This document shows, one piece after another, positions 25,558-29,401 of a stretch of DNA of 29,401 nucleotides. The translations under genes and the position numbers were made by a program. The first letter of the stretch is position 1; each line of letters opens with the position of its first letter. The notes under the pieces were generated by a model that ran no database searches, had not been told where the DNA came from, and saw only the letters and a list, made by a program, of their open reading frames with translations. Origin of the DNA: an uncultured Methanosarcinales archaeon (GTDB lineage: Archaea; Nanobdellota; Nanobdellia; Woesearchaeales; GW2011-AR9); NCBI GenBank assembly GCA_964343575.1, contig CAYFJV010000001.1, positions 62,001 through 91,401 of the forward strand, read 5' to 3'.

Positions 25558-27777
25558 ATGGCAAATCTCTTCTTAACCCTTAAAGATAAGGAAATGGTAA
25601 CTATTGCTTTGGCACTTCCTTATGTGAATGGGCCATTGCATTTGGGACACCTTTTAGGTTTTACACGCTCAGAGATCTATGCTCGATTTTTGCGTCTTGT
25701 GGGAAGAAAGTGTTTGTATGTTTGTGCCTCTGATATGCATGGGACGCCAATTATGATCAATGCAAAAAAGAAAGGCCTTACTCCAGATGAGTTCGTACAA
25801 CAAAATCATGAATCCCACCTTCGAGACCTTGCCAAGTTCTCTTTTGCTTTTGATAGTTATCATTATACTCGCTCCGAAGAGAACCGTGTTCTTGCAGAGC
25901 TTTTTTTCAAAACCTTGCGTGAAAAGGGTTATATCTACACTAAACAGATCCAACAATTGTATGATGAGGAAGCAGGACAGTTTTTGCCTGATCGTTTTAT
26001 CAAAGGAGAATGTCCGAAATGTGGGGCTGCTGATCAGTATGGAGATGTTTGTGAGAGTTGTGGAGCGACCTATGAGCCAACAGACTTGGTCAACCCTTTC
26101 TCTACAATTACTAAGACAAAACCTGTCCTTAAAGAGACCATTCATTATTACTTTAAGTTGAGTGAATTTTCTGATTTTTTGAGAGCTTGGGTTAGTGATG
26201 AGAAAAGTTGTATTCAAAAAGAAGTGAAAAACTGGCTTATGAGATGGCTTGATGATGGTTTAAAGGACTGGTGTATTAGTCGTGACGAGCCTTACTTTGG
26301 CTTTGAAATTCCTGGGAGTAAAGAAGAGACAGGAGAGCAAAAATATTTTTACGTTTGGCTTGATGCTCCGATTGGCTATTTGTCTTCTACTGAGAAATAT
26401 TGTTTAGACCATGGTGGTGGAGGAAATTGGAGAGATTATTGGCAAGGTGAAGATACTGCTGTATTTCAGTTTTTAGGAAAAGATATTGTGTATTTTCATT
26501 ATCTTTTTTGGGTGGCAATGCTTCATGCGATGGAAGTTCCAACGCCTTATTTTCATGTGAATGGATTTATTACAGTTGATGGTAAAAAGATGAGTAAGTC
26601 TCGTGGAACTTTTTTCACTGCGGAGGAGTTTTACGACCTTTATGGTGGAGAAAACCTTCGTTTTTATTTTGCTTATAAGTCTCAGCGTAATGTCCAAGAT
26701 ATTGATTTAAACCTTGATGATTTTAAATCTGTAAGCAACACTGTATTCATGGGAAAGTTAGGAAACTTTTGCTATCGGACCCTTAGCTTTGCTGCTCGAA
26801 ATTATCCTGGCGGTTTTTCTGCAATTGCTCAAGGAAAAGAAGAGGAAGAGCTTCAAAAAGAATTTTGGAGTGTGGCAGAGAAGATTAAGGCAGCTTATTA
26901 CGAGCAAAATTATCGTGAAGCGGTGCAGGGAGTGCTTAAGATTTCTGATCTTGGAAATATTTATTTTCAAAAACTTGAACCTTGGCGAGCAAGAAGTGAT
27001 ACCGCTGAGCAAAAAGAAGTTGAACAAAAGGTTGCTTTCATGGCAAACCTTGCGCGAAACTTGGCAATTCTTATCAAACCAGTTGTTCCTGTTTTTAGTT
27101 CTAAGGTAGAGCACTGCTTTGGAGTTGAGGCAGTGATTGGTGAGAGTGGTTCTGGTTTGCACTGGGAAGATCTTAGCTTTGAGTATTCTGGGCAAATTTT
27201 GATGCCAGAAAAGTTAGTTGAGAAAATTGAGTTGAAGAAAAGAGCAGGAGAGAAAGAGAAGGTTGCAGTTGGGGCAGGAGTTGCTAAACAGTTTCCGTTG
27301 GATGCTCGAGTAGGTAAGATCATTGAAGTTGGTGATCATCCTAGTGCAGATAAGCTCTTTGTCTTTAAGATTGATCTTGGAGAAAAGCTTGGTGAACGCC
27401 AGATTGTTGCTGGAATTAAAGAGTTCTTTAAGGCAGAAGACTTGCTTGGGAAGAAGACCTTGTTTCTGGTTAATCTTGAGCCTGCTAAAATTCGTGGAGT
27501 TAAGAGCTCTGGAATGACACTTACTGCCGAAGATAAGGAAGGAAATTTGACTCTGCTCTTTCAAGAAGAAGATGTGGCGCTTGGAAGTACTGTTAAGATA
27601 GAAGGTTATGGCCATAGTAGTGAGCAGATAAATTTCAAACAGTTTCAGAAAGTAAAAATGCGTGTTGGAGAAGGAGGGGTTGTTGTTTGGAAACGTGAAG
27701 GGAAAATGTTGCCTTTGCTTGTTGCTGGGAGTGGAATAAAAGTGGATGGTATGGCTGTTGGAGCTAAGATAGTTTAA
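25558..27777 (+). CDS. metG: methionyl-tRNA synthetase with C-terminal tRNA-binding OB domain
   Basis: ALPYVNGPLHLGH, SDMHGTPI, CPKC..CESC zinc knuckle, YVWLDAPIGY, GKDIVYFH, KMSKSRG, HPSADKL..RQIVAGI. Confidence 0.98.
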   Translation: MANLFLTLKDKEMVTIALALPYVNGPLHLGHLLGFTRSEIYARFLRLVGRKCLYVCASDMHGTPIMINAKKKGLTPDEFVQQNHESHLRDLAKFSFAFDSYHYTRSEENRVLAELFFKTLREKGYIYTKQIQQLYDEEAGQFLPDRFIKGECPKCGAADQYGDVCESCGATYEPTDLVNPFSTITKTKPVLKETIHYYFKLSEFSDFLRAWVSDEKSCIQKEVKNWLMRWLDDGLKDWCISRDEPYFGFEIPGSKEETGEQKYFYVWLDAPIGYLSSTEKYCLDHGGGGNWRDYWQGEDTAVFQFLGKDIVYFHYLFWVAMLHAMEVPTPYFHVNGFITVDGKKMSKSRGTFFTAEEFYDLYGGENLRFYFAYKSQRNVQDIDLNLDDFKSVSNTVFMGKLGNFCYRTLSFAARNYPGGFSAIAQGKEEEELQKEFWSVAEKIKAAYYEQNYREAVQGVLKISDLGNIYFQKLEPWRARSDTAEQKEVEQKVAFMANLARNLAILIKPVVPVFSSKVEHCFGVEAVIGESGSGLHWEDLSFEYSGQILMPEKLVEKIELKKRAGEKEKVAVGAGVAKQFPLDARVGKIIEVGDHPSADKLFVFKIDLGEKLGERQIVAGIKEFFKAEDLLGKKTLFLVNLEPAKIRGVKSSGMTLTAEDKEGNLTLLFQEEDVALGSTVKIEGYGHSSEQINFKQFQKVKMRVGEGGVVVWKREGKMLPLLVAGSGIKVDGMAVGAKIV

Positions 27778-27856
27778 CTTTAAATCTTAATCTGCTTGGT
27801 CCTGCTTTTTTAAGTAAAAGTAAAGATTAAAAACTTCTTTCCATTTCTTACTGTTT

Positions 27857-28324
27857 ATGAAGATTCGCCTTATGAAAGAGGAAGATATTCCTAAGATCGT
27901 TGAGATTTATAAATCCGTTAATTTGGATGATGCAAAGATTATTAGAAAGGTCTATACTCGCTTTTACAAAAATCTGAAAAGAAAGAAATTTGTAAAAGAT
28001 TATCTTCTTGTTGAAGGAAAAGATGTTATTGCTTTCTCTGGTTTTAACAAAGAACAAACGGAAACAAAAGATATTTTTTGGCTTAATTGGACCGGGGTTA
28101 AGGAAAACTTTCGTCATCAAGGGAAGGGAACCTTGCTTCTTAAGCATATCTTCTCTGAGGTTAAGAAACTAGGTGGTAGGAAGATTTATGTTTCAAGTTC
28201 GACACAAAAAGAGTACAAAAATTCTTTGAAATTTTATCGTTCTCTTGGTTTTAAATTGGAAGGAAGACTTAAAGATTATTACGGGCTAGGGGTTGATAGT
28301 CTTATGTTTGGTAAAAAGCTTTGA
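27857..28324 (+). CDS. GNAT family N-acetyltransferase
   Basis: MKIRLMKEEDI start, VKENFRHQGKGTLLL acetyl-CoA motif, FYRSLGF, LKDYY. Confidence 0.92.
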   Translation: MKIRLMKEEDIPKIVEIYKSVNLDDAKIIRKVYTRFYKNLKRKKFVKDYLLVEGKDVIAFSGFNKEQTETKDIFWLNWTGVKENFRHQGKGTLLLKHIFSEVKKLGGRKIYVSSSTQKEYKNSLKFYRSLGFKLEGRLKDYYGLGVDSLMFGKKL

Positions 28325-28462
28325 TTTTCTCCTCTTTCTGACTTCTTCCTAACAAAAACATTTAAATACCTTCTTGGCTTGTTTTTCTCTTTAAACGCAA
28401 CTTGTTTTTGGGCTTCTTGGATTGGGGTTTGCTTGTTGCTTTTTTAAAAGGGGTAGAGAGAG

Positions 28463-29401
28463 ATGGATCGTAGGGCGCAGGTGACTATATTTATCATTGT
28501 TGGAATCCTTCTCTTAGCAATTTTTGCTGTTGTTCTTTATGTTACCCAAAACACTGTTACCACTGAATTTGAAACTGAAGGAAGACCTGTTATTCAAACA
28601 GTTCCTCAAGAATTTATTGCCCTTCAAGAGTTCACTGAGAGTTGTTTACAATCAGTTACAGAGCAAGGACTTGTTATTTTAGGTCAACAAGGGGGTTACA
28701 TTTACCCGTCAAGTCTTGGTGATTTCTCTCCAATTGATCCGACCAATGCAGATGGTTTAAGTTTAGATCCTTTACTTGTTCCTTACTGGCATTACAATGC
28801 TCATGAAAATGGTGCAGGAACTACTTTCTTGCAAAGTTTGCAGCCTGATTTGTATGATGATGAAGGAGAATACATGAGTATTGAATCTCAACTTGCTCGT
28901 TATGTTGAGGAAGAATTGGGAACTTGTTTACAAGATTATACTGCTTTTGCAGGTCAAGGTTATGCTGTTGACCTTGGTGATAAAAGTGCACAAGTGCGGG
29001 TTTTTGATGGTTATGTTGATGTGATCTTGGACATGCCCTTGGCTGCAGAGCGTGATGGAGCAAACGCAGATTTGGAGACATTTTATTCTGCAGTGAATTT
29101 GGATCTTAAGGGACTTTATGAATTTGCAGATGCGCTTACCTCTGCAGAGCAGGAAAATTACTTCTTGGAATATCACACTCTTAATGTCTTGAGTTTGCAT
29201 ACTGGTTTAGATCCAGAAAAGTTTCCTCCTACTCTTGCGCTTGAGTACGATGAAATTGTAGGGACAAGTTGGGTAACTGTGGCTCTTGAGGAGGATCTTA
29301 AGGATTTACTAGCGACTTATGTTCCTATGCTTCGTTATTATGGTGCGGAAAACTTTCATCGACATGAATATGCGCTCTCTGATCTGAGTGATATTTATCA
29401 G
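28463..29401 (+). CDS. large surface protein with class III (pilin-like) signal peptide; runs off window
   Basis: Not in ORF track (no stop in window). MDRRAQVTIFIIVGILLLAIFAVVLY.., later ESCL..LGQQGGYIY and VPYWHY. Confidence 0.85.
   Translation, partial: MDRRAQVTIFIIVGILLLAIFAVVLYVTQNTVTTEFETEGRPVIQTVPQEFIALQEFTESCLQSVTEQGLVILGQQGGYIYPSSLGDFSPIDPTNADGLSLDPLLVPYWHYNAHENGAGTTFLQSLQPDLYDDEGEYMSIESQLARYVEEELGTCLQDYTAFAGQGYAVDLGDKSAQVRVFDGYVDVILDMPLAAERDGANADLETFYSAVNLDLKGLYEFADALTSAEQENYFLEYHTLNVLSLHTGLDPEKFPPTLALEYDEIVGTSWVTVALEEDLKDLLATYVPMLRYYGAENFHRHEYALSDLSDIYQ

Overview
Archaeal chromosomal window, most likely DPANN/Woesearchaeota-like. This is inferred from TATA/BRE promoters, GGTGA Shine-Dalgarno sites, oligo-T terminators and an 'RRAQ/VTIFIIVG' class III signal-peptide protein. 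Housekeeping genes are oligoendopeptidase F, bacterial-type mutL and mutS, uppS, a DegT-like PLP enzyme, metG, a GNAT acetyltransferase and the start of a probable Ski2-like helicase. They are interspersed with orphan, exported and membrane genes. The main surprises are: (1) an APC amino-acid permease with an N-terminal pore-less voltage-sensor (S1-S4) domain and a C-terminal degenerate SAM-methyltransferase fold; (2) a ~160-nt structured element present twice, each copy exactly 30 nt after a TATA box and leading a three-gene orphan operon; (3) an apparently circularly permuted GGDEF-like protein; (4) four neighbouring promoters sharing a GTTC-N19-GTTC operator around the TATA box, clustered around a membrane-anchored winged-helix regulator, one driving an unannotated 49-aa zinc-finger protein; (5) tandem PIN-domain paralogs behind mutL. 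No rRNA, tRNA, CRISPR array or transposase was recognised. All domain calls are from motif reading, not database searches.
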